A DNA stretch of 64,000 nucleotides. Source: an uncultured Gammaproteobacteria bacterium (GTDB taxonomy: Bacteria; Patescibacteriota; Microgenomatia; CAZETR01; Amesbacteraceae). Below the pieces are notes generated by a model. The model was not told where the DNA came from and did not search any database. It saw only the letters and a list, made by a program, of their open reading frames with translations. Location: assembly GCA_964366335.1 (NCBI GenBank), contig CAYITQ010000001.1, positions 41,336-105,335 on the forward strand, read 5' to 3'. Within the stretch, counting starts at the first letter, position 1; every line of letters begins with the position of its first letter. A program made the position numbers and the translations under genes. This document shows, piece by piece, positions 1 to 8,041 of this stretch.

Positions 1-2
1 GG

Positions 3-860
3 CTCCTACTCAAATTTCTACTCAAGTTTCCATATTTAGTTATAGAAGGTTTGGGAATATGCTGGTTAATAAAGAAAGTAGATTTAAAAGCCAGAGATAA
101 ATTTATTCTGGGACTTGCCCTAAATGTACCCGTTTTGTTTTCGGCCTATATGATGGGTCAATTCGATGTCATTATTGCCATTTTGATTGCGGTCTCTGCA
201 ATAGCGTCACTGAAAAAGCCAACTATTTGGTCAGCTGTTCTTTTGGGAGTAGCGGCTGGTTTTAAGCCTTTTCCCTTATTATTGTTACCGCTTTTGGGTG
301 AAGGTATCAAAGATAAATTAAAATATGTTCTAATCGGTGTAGCTACATATATTCTAATAATTTTTCCCTATTTAGGATCTGCCGGTTTCAGACGGTATGC
401 CCTATTAGCCAGCCAAACAGATAAGATTGAATTTGCCAAGATTTTGGTTTCGGGATCTCAATATCTAGCTTTGTTCTGGGTTTTGTCGATTCTGTTGTGG
501 TGGTGGAACTGGTATGACCACAAGAGGCTGACCTTGGTGGAATGGTATTTGGCCGGACTGCTAGTCTTTTATTCTGTAACCCATTTTCACCCCCAATGGT
601 TTACTTGGGGCAGTTTACTCATCGTTTGGATTGGAGCTCACAAAAAAGAACTTCGTTTGCCACTACTTGTCTTGGTCTTGAGTTTTGTGGCTCTTTTAAT
701 GTTGTTTGAGCCATCTTTGAATTTCGGTCTTTTTGGGATCAAGTTTGATTTATTTGCGGCTATAAATAAACATTTTCCAGCTGATCAATTGGCCTCGATT
801 TTACGGTCCTTGTTTGCCGCTACCGGCATTGTTACTATATTGAGATTACGGAAATCATGA
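3..860 (+). CDS. GT-C-fold membrane glycosyltransferase (GT87-like), 5' truncated by window edge
   Basis: Frame is open upstream of the ORF-track start back to base 3 (LLLKFLLKFPYL...). Multi-TM protein with MGQFD, GxAxxxKxFP and HPQW motifs typical of GT87-like enzymes. Confidence 0.75.
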   Translation, partial: LLLKFLLKFPYLVIEGLGICWLIKKVDLKARDKFILGLALNVPVLFSAYMMGQFDVIIAILIAVSAIASLKKPTIWSAVLLGVAAGFKPFPLLLLPLLGEGIKDKLKYVLIGVATYILIIFPYLGSAGFRRYALLASQTDKIEFAKILVSGSQYLALFWVLSILLWWWNWYDHKRLTLVEWYLAGLLVFYSVTHFHPQWFTWGSLLIVWIGAHKKELRLPLLVLVLSFVALLMLFEPSLNFGLFGIKFDLFAAINKHFPADQLASILRSLFAATGIVTILRLRKS

Positions 861-1654
861 TTACCTCTGTCGTTATTCCGGTTTATAACGGTAGAAAATA
901 TTTAGAGGATAATCTGCTATTTGTAAATAAACTCGGTGTCAATGAGATTGTGATAGTGGACGATGCGTCCACTGACGGATCCGCAGAATTTATCGCAAAA
1001 AACTATCCAAATATTAAATTAATAAAACACGATGCAAATAAGCGTTTTCCCATTTCAGTCAATGACGGATTCAAAAATGCCACAGGTGATATTGTGTTTT
1101 TGTTAAATCAGGACCTGAAGCCCCATAGAGATTTGGTAAAGAATGCTCTGAGACATTTTAAAGACGATTGTATATTTGCTGTCACATTCAATGAGGGTGA
1201 TCATTCATGGGCGGATGGCAAATGGATAAGCGGAATGCTCGAATTTACAAACGGAAAGCTGGATGATAAGTTACACGAATCTCTTTGGCCTTCGGGGGGG
1301 GGGAGTGCTATCCGCCGTGATGTCTGGAATAAACTTGGAGGCTTTGACCCGATATTTACCCCAGGTTATTTCGAAGATTTGGATTTGGGACTTAGAGCAT
1401 CAAAGGCGGGGTATAAAAATATCTGGGATCCAAGATGCACGGTAACACATTTGGTCTCGGGAACTTTTCCAAAAGTGTTCACTCCGAAGAAACTTCAATA
1501 TATCAAAGAGCGGAATTATCTGATAGCTGTCTGGAAGAATATTGATTTAAAACTCTGGCCAGCACATATATTTAGTTTAATTAAACGAATTATCCGTGGA
1601 CCTGGTTATTTAGTTCCTGTAGTATGGGCTTTATGGAAAAGATTAGCGTCATAA
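857..1654 (+). CDS. GT2 family glycosyltransferase
   Basis: VVIPVYNG, IVDDASTDGS, LLNQD, GGFDP, YFEDLD motifs. Confidence 0.92.
   Translation: MITSVVIPVYNGRKYLEDNLLFVNKLGVNEIVIVDDASTDGSAEFIAKNYPNIKLIKHDANKRFPISVNDGFKNATGDIVFLLNQDLKPHRDLVKNALRHFKDDCIFAVTFNEGDHSWADGKWISGMLEFTNGKLDDKLHESLWPSGGGSAIRRDVWNKLGGFDPIFTPGYFEDLDLGLRASKAGYKNIWDPRCTVTHLVSGTFPKVFTPKKLQYIKERNYLIAVWKNIDLKLWPAHIFSLIKRIIRGPGYLVPVVWALWKRLAS
1294..1303. repeat. G10 homopolymer inside GT2 gene
   Basis: Ten consecutive G encoding S-G-G-G in an AT-rich sequence. Confidence 0.85.
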
Positions 1655-2424
1655 TAATAAATTGGAATGTGGGGGAGTCTTTTGCGCGCTGTATTAAATC
1701 TGTCTTGGACACCAAGTATCCAAACCTAGAATTAATTTTGATCGATAATAATTCCAATAAGCCTCCCAAGATACCTAAGGATCCGAGAGTTACATATATC
1801 CAAAATGAATCTAATCTTGGCTTTCCGGCAGCGGTAAACCAAGGATTAAAGTTATTTGTAGGGGATTATGTGTTGCTACTTAATCCAGACACCCGGATAC
1901 AAAATGATTTTTTTACCAAAGCAATTGAATCTATACAATTTAATAAAAAGATCGGCATCATGGGACCCAAGTTTGTAGATCCCGATGGCACAACCCAAGG
2001 ATCGGTCTACCGTGAACCTTCAATTATTCGTACTATCCAGGAATATTGGTTTGGAAAAACAAATCTGACTGAAAAATACACACTCAATACAAATAATTTG
2101 ACGGAAGTAGACGTTGTCATTGGCGCATGTATGTTTATGTCAAAGAAAATAGTGAAGAAAGTCGGATTATTCACTGACAAAGTTTTTATTTTTTATGAAG
2201 ATTTTGATTATTGCAGACGAATCCGCAAAGCCGGATATAAAGTAATCTTTAATCCGAATATCACTATTATTCATGAACATGGCCAAAGTACCAAACAAAA
2301 TCCCCTGGCAAATGAACTTTTAATGAAAGCCTCTTTGTGGTACAACGGAATGTTAAAGCACTATATTTTGTGGTTTGTTATATGGACTTCCCAGAAAGTA
2401 AATAAAATTCTACTCAAGTCGTGA
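1633..2424 (+). CDS. GT2 family glycosyltransferase (rhamnosyltransferase-like)
   Basis: ISVIIINWN, IDNNS, NLGFPAAVNQG, LLNPD, YEDFD. ATG 1633 preferred; 1624 is possible. Confidence 0.9.
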   Translation: MEKISVIIINWNVGESFARCIKSVLDTKYPNLELILIDNNSNKPPKIPKDPRVTYIQNESNLGFPAAVNQGLKLFVGDYVLLLNPDTRIQNDFFTKAIESIQFNKKIGIMGPKFVDPDGTTQGSVYREPSIIRTIQEYWFGKTNLTEKYTLNTNNLTEVDVVIGACMFMSKKIVKKVGLFTDKVFIFYEDFDYCRRIRKAGYKVIFNPNITIIHEHGQSTKQNPLANELLMKASLWYNGMLKHYILWFVIWTSQKVNKILLKS

Positions 2425-2469
2425 CATTTTGTCACAACTTGAATTGTATACAATTTGTAAACAACTCAA
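2414..2469. repeat. Two overlapping ~30-bp imperfect palindromes with ACA-N3-TGT core
   Basis: TCAAGTc-GTGACA-ttt-TGTCAC-aACTTGA (2414-2442) and TTGAaTTGTaTACA-att-TGTAaACAAcTCAA (2439-2469). Confidence 0.85.
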
Positions 2470-2491
2470 TTCAAAACTTTAAATGATTTTC

Positions 2492-2586
2492 CACCTTAAG
2501 GGCGAAAAACATGAGTCATCGACAAAGTGTCGACAACTGAGATCTGACAGATAATATCAAAACAGATCAAAAGGTTTGGCCGTTGA
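2492..2586. repeat. Composite four-palindrome repeat, copy 1
   Basis: Aligns to 5088-5183 with one gap (68/96 identical by hand count). 2555-2574 is identical to 5583-5602. Confidence 0.85.
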
Positions 2587-2593
2587 GTGATTT

Positions 2594-3265
2594 TTATAAG
2601 ACATAATCTGATTTTACCTCGTAACTAAGATAGGGAGTTGAATCTTTCTTCAAAATACAAATATCAATTTCTGGCCATCGGTTTGGTAATTTTTGAATTT
2701 CCCCAACCGACTTCCAGCTAATCTGCTTATGTAATTTCATTCTCTCTTTTTGTTCATGACTAACATCTACTCTGTAAATTGTGAACGCGTCATCAAATAA
2801 TACTTCTCCATGTGATGTTTTAACGGTTTTTAAATGTAAGGATTGAAACTTAAAATCTTTTTCGTCAAGAATGATACCAGTATTGGATTCAAAAATACGA
2901 ATTAAAGCACTTTCAATTGATTCTCCAAACCTAGGTTTTCCACTGGGCAAATTATAAAAATTGGTTGTTTCTGTGGGATGTTCTTTTATTAAAAATTCAT
3001 CACCGTAGTTACATAGAAATCCGATGAAAAACGTTTTATATCCAGTGTCCTCTATGGTCGGCAAGTCATAATCAGTAATTACTTTAATCCCCGCAGCGGT
3101 TATTAGATATTTATCAGCCTCTTTTTTCATCAGACCTTTGCTAATTAACTGTTTAAGATGAAACACAACGTTATCATCAAAATCATAGTCGACTGTTAAA
3201 ACAGAGTATTTTTGCCTGTTCTGTATAAGCAATCTTTTTAGTAATACTTTTTGAATTTCGTGCAT
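2594..3265 (-). CDS. Winged-HTH + NUDIX-like domain protein (putative regulator)
   Basis: N-terminal 'VVFHLKQLISKGLMKKEADKYLIT' resembles a wHTH. C-terminal degenerate NUDIX box 'LPSGKPRFGESIESALIRIFESNTG'. Confidence 0.75.
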   Translation of the reverse strand: MHEIQKVLLKRLLIQNRQKYSVLTVDYDFDDNVVFHLKQLISKGLMKKEADKYLITAAGIKVITDYDLPTIEDTGYKTFFIGFLCNYGDEFLIKEHPTETTNFYNLPSGKPRFGESIESALIRIFESNTGIILDEKDFKFQSLHLKTVKTSHGEVLFDDAFTIYRVDVSHEQKERMKLHKQISWKSVGEIQKLPNRWPEIDICILKKDSTPYLSYEVKSDYVL

Positions 3266-3279
3266 ATAAAAGTACTCTG

Positions 3280-3310
3280 ATTATAGATGATTCTTGGTGT
3301 AGTTAACTAC
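3280..3310. promoter_or_regulatory. Divergent control region: minus-strand TATAAT (3285-3280) and perfect 12-bp palindrome GTAGTTAACTAC (3299-3310), candidate operator
   Basis: Both motifs seen directly between the divergent HTH-NUDIX and VOC genes. Operator role is inferred. Confidence 0.4.
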
Positions 3311-3374
3311 TCTAGAGAATACGACACTTAACTGATAACCTTCCTATAAATACTGAGGGGAGGTGATTTAATAT

Positions 3375-3743
3375 ATGTTCAATAAACTATTTGCAGTTTG
3401 CCTATTAGTAGCAGATTTCGAGCGTTCTCTGACTTTTTACAGGGATGCTGTTGGTTTGGAGGTAAATTCCACTGATGGCGAATTCGCAGATTTCAAATTG
3501 GAAGGAACCTCTCTGGCTATATTCAGCCGAAAAACAGCCATTGCAATGTTCCCAGCAAAGAATATGGGGAAAACTGGTGGCGCTGTATATGGATTTCAAG
3601 TTTCTAATGTAGCCAAAACTTGCGAAGCATTAAAAGTTAAGAATGTTGAAATCTTTGAAGGCCCAAAAACAACCACGTGGGGACAAACTGTGGCATACTT
3701 TAAGGACCCAGATGGTAATATATGGGAGGTCTCAGGAAAATAA
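3375..3743 (+). CDS. VOC/glyoxalase family protein
   Basis: 'LLVADFERSLTFYRDAVGL' and 'WGQTVAYFKDPDGNIWEV'. Strong GGAGGTG SD upstream. Confidence 0.92.
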   Translation: MFNKLFAVCLLVADFERSLTFYRDAVGLEVNSTDGEFADFKLEGTSLAIFSRKTAIAMFPAKNMGKTGGAVYGFQVSNVAKTCEALKVKNVEIFEGPKTTTWGQTVAYFKDPDGNIWEVSGK

Positions 3744-3744
3744 T

Positions 3745-4125
3745 ATGAATTATAAAGGTGTGATAATCGAAGAGAGTCTTGTAAGCAAGAAGTTGCTTAA
3801 ATTATGCCAAATAATTTCGACTCGAGTTGCCAACGATGACGATCCAAAAACCAATGCGGGTGAACCTAAATGGACTTTACATCAAGTGGAAGTAACAGAG
3901 CAAAATATCGGTGAAGTTGTTAGTCAATTAGGTAAAAATCTTAAACTTCCTAATTGGTGGGCAGATTTATCTTTAGAGGACGAAGTTTTTATAGTTTTCC
4001 ACAACAAAATATTTAAAGGTGGAAATTCTGATCTAGATTTTCGAAAGCATGTAATAAATTACGCCCGTTCCTTAAACCTACCAGATGGACAGATACCATT
4101 AGGTGGTTCTTATGAAGTTAACTAA
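3745..4125 (+). CDS. Hypothetical protein
   Basis: ATG 1 nt after the VOC stop (MNYKGVIIEESL...WTLH...WWADL), 126 aa, overlaps the next gene. Confidence 0.75.
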   Translation: MNYKGVIIEESLVSKKLLKLCQIISTRVANDDDPKTNAGEPKWTLHQVEVTEQNIGEVVSQLGKNLKLPNWWADLSLEDEVFIVFHNKIFKGGNSDLDFRKHVINYARSLNLPDGQIPLGGSYEVN

Positions 4126-5080
4126 GATAAAAATTATTGAGTTGGTGCCATCGGCATCGTTTAATTTTGATGCTACTTTTCATAAACCAGATCACTTTAC
4201 GTCTGGTGATAATCTGTGGGAATCTGGAACGCGTTGGCAGACATGGATATGGAAAGAAAAGTGTCTTGGTATTCGGTTTAAAAATATCGGATCTACTTTA
4301 AATCCAAAAATTGAAATTAGTATTTATTCAGAAGAAAAACTGGACAATGCATTTATTAATGATTTTTTTGATGAAGTCAAATATAGATACAACCTGGAGC
4401 TAGATTTAACATCGTTTTATAAAGAATTTGAAAGCGATAAAATCCTTGGACCCATTATTAAAAAGTGGCAAGGGATGAAACCTGGACACCCCAGTTCCTT
4501 ATACGAATATCTCCTTATCGGAATCGTCCTACAAAATGCAACTGTTAGAAGATCTGTTCAAATGTTTAAGGCACTTCTTGAAAATTATGGAACCGAACTA
4601 GAATTTGATGGTAAAAAACTTTGGTGTTTCTTTAAGCCAGGTAGATTGCAAAAAATAACGGAGGAAGAATTAAGAGTATTAAAGCTTGGATACCGTGCCA
4701 AATCAATAAAGAGGATAGACGATTATTTCGCTCAAGGTTTAATGGATGAAATGGAACTTAGAAAAAAAGATAGAGAAACTCAAATGAATGAGTTATTAAA
4801 ACTATATGGCGTTGGACCAGCAACTGTGTGGTATCTGCTTTTTGATGTATTTCATCATTGGGATTTTTTTAACCATGTTTCTCCTTGGGAACAAAAGATT
4901 TATTCTAAAGTATTTTTTGATGTTGATCCCGAAAATCCTGTACCTGTTGCAAAAATTCTCAAACATTTTGATAGATTCGGGAAATATAAACAGCTTGCTG
5001 TGCACTATATCTGGGAAGATCTGTGGTGGAAAAGACAAAACGAGAGTATCCCTTGGTTGGAAAAACAAATCAGAATATAG
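4112..5080 (+). CDS. HhH-GPD superfamily DNA glycosylase-like protein (AlkA/Ogg-like)
   Basis: 'LYEYLLIGIVLQN', 'LRVLKLGYRAKSI' and HhH 'LLKLYGVGPATV'. Confidence 0.85.
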   Translation: MKLTKIKIIELVPSASFNFDATFHKPDHFTSGDNLWESGTRWQTWIWKEKCLGIRFKNIGSTLNPKIEISIYSEEKLDNAFINDFFDEVKYRYNLELDLTSFYKEFESDKILGPIIKKWQGMKPGHPSSLYEYLLIGIVLQNATVRRSVQMFKALLENYGTELEFDGKKLWCFFKPGRLQKITEEELRVLKLGYRAKSIKRIDDYFAQGLMDEMELRKKDRETQMNELLKLYGVGPATVWYLLFDVFHHWDFFNHVSPWEQKIYSKVFFDVDPENPVPVAKILKHFDRFGKYKQLAVHYIWEDLWWKRQNESIPWLEKQIRI

Positions 5081-5087
5081 ATGTTTT

Positions 5088-5183
5088 CACCTCAGAAGTG
5101 GAAAGTATGAACCGTCGACAAGATGTCGACAGTCCAGATCTAGTGAATACTATCAAAGTAGATCAAAAAGGTGTGGCCTTTGA
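5088..5183. repeat. Composite four-palindrome repeat, copy 2
   Basis: Starts 7 nt after the glycosylase stop and is colinear with 2492-2586. Confidence 0.85.
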
Positions 5184-5190
5184 ATTTACG

Positions 5191-5241
5191 CTTCACCTGA
5201 AAGGTGGAAACTGTTGAATTGTTCCATCCCCGAGGTGGAAC
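5191..5241. repeat. Two REP-like CACCT-N3-AGGTG palindromes
   Basis: TTCACCT-gaa-AGGTGGAA (5192-5209) and GTTCCATCC-ccg-AGGTGGAAC (5221-5241). Confidence 0.7.
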
Positions 5242-5255
5242 TTTGGTTTACAAAT

Positions 5256-5284
5256 TAGACTATTAACTAAGTTAAGAATAAAAT
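5256..5284 (+). promoter_or_regulatory. Putative sigma70 promoter for 5294 ORF
   Basis: TAGACT-17 bp-TAAAAT, 9 nt upstream of ATG (near-leaderless). Confidence 0.5.
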
Positions 5285-5293
5285 GGGTCACAC

Positions 5294-5578
5294 ATGGAAA
5301 TAAGGAGATTACCGTCTTCACTTTTAGAAGGAAAGTTCTTACATTGCCAGCCGGTCGAAGATGGTCCGATTATAGAGGCGCCGATTGTTTCGTCTGAAGA
5401 AGGATCAACGCCGGTATTTAATGTTGTAATCGTTTGCCCAGTGAGACGGCCTTCAAGTAATTGCGCATTGAGGATGGTAGCAGGGAGTCAAGACGTTAAA
5501 TGTCAATATTGGGAAGGTGATTCTTGTGGTCAATATCAAATAGTTGGACCAAAAATGGATAGAAAGTCAGAATATTGA
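5294..5578 (+). CDS. Small Cys-rich hypothetical protein
   Basis: 94-aa ORF with 5 Cys and its own promoter-like motif. Fills the space between repeat copies 2 and 3. Confidence 0.55.
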   Translation: MEIRRLPSSLLEGKFLHCQPVEDGPIIEAPIVSSEEGSTPVFNVVIVCPVRRPSSNCALRMVAGSQDVKCQYWEGDSCGQYQIVGPKMDRKSEY

Positions 5579-5582
5579 ATGG

Positions 5583-5616
5583 TATCAAAACAGATCAAAA
5601 GGGCGTGGCCTTTTGA
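5583..5616. repeat. Composite repeat, partial copy 3 (3' part)
   Basis: TATCAAAACAGATCAAAAGG is identical to copy 1, followed by hairpin TCAAAAGG...CCTTTTGA. Lies between convergent stop codons. Confidence 0.8.
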
Positions 5617-5623
5617 GCCGGGA

Positions 5624-6487
5624 CTAAAATTCTCTGATCAGCTGGGGTAAGACTTGGATATAGGATTTGACCAGGTCCCATTTGCCCCAGACAGACCAGG
5701 CTGGGATGCGGATGGCACAGCCAAAGAGCAAGACGAGTTTTAACAAAAATTGTTCAAGAGGGGACTTATATTTTTTGAATAGATATAGATAACCTTTCAT
5801 TTCACCGATAAACATTCCCGCTTTAGTGCCAATGCTTTTGCCCTGGAGGTGAACACATTTTGCATCGGGATAATAGAAAATTCCGAAATTGTTTTTTGAC
5901 ATTCTATACATCCACTCGGTTTCCTCACCGTACATATAGAAATTCTCATCAAAACCACCAGTTTTTTCGTACACTATGCGCTTGAGCATTGTAAATGCCC
6001 CCATTACCCAATCTACCTTCTGGGTTTTTTGAAATCTGGATAAATCGCGGACATGGATAGAATCTATATACTTGCGAATGATTGGGAAGTTGTCCACAAA
6101 GACTTGAAACTGAAAAATTCTCCGCAGAGTCGGGAAATAACCCCAAGATGGTTGAATAGACAGGTCTTCATTGAGCAACTGACAACCCAGGACATCATAG
6201 TCCTGGGCATAACACTTGGCTAGAGTATCGGGATAGACATAGGCATCACTATTTAATAACAAAATCTTGTCACCTTTGGCAATTTTCATACCTTGATTGT
6301 TGTTGGCACCAAAACCCAATGGTTTTTTGTTATTGACGATTTTTACACCCGAAAAATTAAATTTGTCTTTTGGTGTGTTGTTCACCAGTATTATTTCCAG
6401 ATTGATATCTCGGGACTTGAGCACACACTCCACACATTTCTTGGTAATTTCAGGGGTATTGTGGTTTATAATGATTACAGATAGCAT
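5624..6487 (-). CDS. GT2 family glycosyltransferase
   Basis: LSVIIINHN, GFGANNNQG, LLLNSD, GGFDENFYMYGEE. Confidence 0.92.
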   Translation of the reverse strand: MLSVIIINHNTPEITKKCVECVLKSRDINLEIILVNNTPKDKFNFSGVKIVNNKKPLGFGANNNQGMKIAKGDKILLLNSDAYVYPDTLAKCYAQDYDVLGCQLLNEDLSIQPSWGYFPTLRRIFQFQVFVDNFPIIRKYIDSIHVRDLSRFQKTQKVDWVMGAFTMLKRIVYEKTGGFDENFYMYGEETEWMYRMSKNNFGIFYYPDAKCVHLQGKSIGTKAGMFIGEMKGYLYLFKKYKSPLEQFLLKLVLLFGCAIRIPAWSVWGKWDLVKSYIQVLPQLIREF

Positions 6488-8041
6488 ATGTTAAGGAAAC
6501 TTGGTTTTATTTTAGCACTTGGGTTGGTCTTGAGGATAGGACTTTTGACCAAAGTTCCGTCTGAGCTGTTTGGAGACGAAGTTGATGTGGGTTATCAAGC
6601 GTATTCTTTATTGAAAACCGGCCAAGACATTTACCGCCAAACTCTGCCTTTTTATGTTCATTCCCTAGCTGAATGGCGGGCACCCCTTCTCATGTATGCC
6701 ACCGTCCCGACAATTGCAGTAGCCGGTCTCAATGAATACGGCGCCCGCCTGCCAGAAGTGATTTTTGGGGTTTTAGGCATAGCCATAATATTTTTATTGA
6801 CGAGGAAATATTCTGTGGCTCTAGCTTTGGCAATTATGCCCTGGCATATTCACTATTCTAGGGCTGCTTTTGAAGTTGTACTCATGCTTGATCTAATCAT
6901 GCTGGGAACACTCTTGTTTCTCAAAAAACGTTTTTTGTTAGGTTTTATATTTTTTGCCCTGAGTCTTTATACATATAGTACTGCCATGTTGTTTGTCCCG
7001 CTGTGGATAGGCTATTTACTTATCAAAGAAAAAGCTTTTCCAATCTTGCAGGGACTGGTTTTTGGATTGTTGATAACACCACTTATTTATTTTATTTTTT
7101 TGGGTCCTGCCCGCGACCGGTTTGGGATTCTGAGCCTGACAAACAACCGCGAAATAATTGACAAAGTCTTTACACTCAGAAAAGAATCTTCTTCTCCTTA
7201 CATAAAATTCTTTGTAAATAAATATTTCATGGTCGGGGGAGAATGGTTTATGAATTATTTACGGCCCTTCTCGTCCGAATTTTTGTTTGTCAGGGGAGAC
7301 CCTGTTATGCGCCATAGCATTCAAGCGATCGGACAATTATTACCCCTGATGGCACCATTTTTGTTAATTGGTCTCTATGTCTTGGCCAAGAAAAGACAAT
7401 GGCTGTGGCTTGTCTGGTTGGCTCTTGCTCCCATCCCAGCATCTCTGACTTCTGATGGTGGCTATCATGCCACCCGCCTGTTTCTAATGGTCCCGCCACT
7501 TGCTGTCGCCATCGGCACCGGTCTCTCTCAAATTAAAAACCGCCTGTTACTTGTCTCCTGTCTCCTGTTACTATCAGCCCAACTGGTTTGGGCCGGCTAC
7601 TATTACCTCAATCATTATTCCAAACAATCCTGGCGTTGGTGGCATGTGGGTTACAAAAATATTCTTACCCAAATCCCCGCTCTCAGTGAAAATTATTCCA
7701 GGATATTTATAAACAACACTTATGAGCCGGCCCTGATGCGGTTTTTGTTTTGGACCAAATATGATCCTGCTAAGTTTCATAAGAACTTTACGGATGACAA
7801 ACCCTTAGACAATATTGTTCCCGGATATGACGGCTTTAGTCTGGATGGTAAATATTTCTTTGGCGCTTTCAACGGAAAAGAAAAACTTTTTCTTCCGGGA
7901 AGTCTATATATGATATCCCAGCGCGATGATGTGGGGGGAGATTGGGATTGGCGGGAATCACCTCCTGATAACATAAATCTAATAGGCGCCAGTAGCAATC
8001 TGTACGGTCAAGCGGTATTTTATTTGGTATCCAAAAAATGA
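6488..8041 (+). CDS. ArnT/PMT-like GT-C glycosyltransferase (GT39/GT83-like)
   Basis: 'GDEVDVGYQAYSLLKTG', 'PWHIHYSRAAFE', many TM helices, soluble C-terminus. Confidence 0.88.
   Translation: MLRKLGFILALGLVLRIGLLTKVPSELFGDEVDVGYQAYSLLKTGQDIYRQTLPFYVHSLAEWRAPLLMYATVPTIAVAGLNEYGARLPEVIFGVLGIAIIFLLTRKYSVALALAIMPWHIHYSRAAFEVVLMLDLIMLGTLLFLKKRFLLGFIFFALSLYTYSTAMLFVPLWIGYLLIKEKAFPILQGLVFGLLITPLIYFIFLGPARDRFGILSLTNNREIIDKVFTLRKESSSPYIKFFVNKYFMVGGEWFMNYLRPFSSEFLFVRGDPVMRHSIQAIGQLLPLMAPFLLIGLYVLAKKRQWLWLVWLALAPIPASLTSDGGYHATRLFLMVPPLAVAIGTGLSQIKNRLLLVSCLLLLSAQLVWAGYYYLNHYSKQSWRWWHVGYKNILTQIPALSENYSRIFINNTYEPALMRFLFWTKYDPAKFHKNFTDDKPLDNIVPGYDGFSLDGKYFFGAFNGKEKLFLPGSLYMISQRDDVGGDWDWRESPPDNINLIGASSNLYGQAVFYLVSKK
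7544..7571. repeat. Intragenic 7-bp tandem array
   Basis: CTGTTAC TTGTCTC CTGTCTC CTGTTAC. Confidence 0.65.

Noticed and set aside
2414-2590. CRISPR-like array of palindromes
   Set aside because: The units differ in sequence, have no regular repeat-spacer period, and no cas genes are present.
4806-5217. ORFs 4806-5183 and 5023-5217
   Set aside because: They overlap the glycosylase out of frame and run through the palindromic repeat, so they are probably incidental.
2464-5616. Classical integron attC sites (GTTGAGT at 2582-2588 and GTTGAAT at 5213-5219 match GTTRRRY)
   Set aside because: There is no matching RYYYAAC with a single long bottom-strand hairpin. The GTT is not conserved at the equivalent position of repeat copies 2 and 3, and there is no integron integrase in the window. 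Reported as a different repeat type instead.
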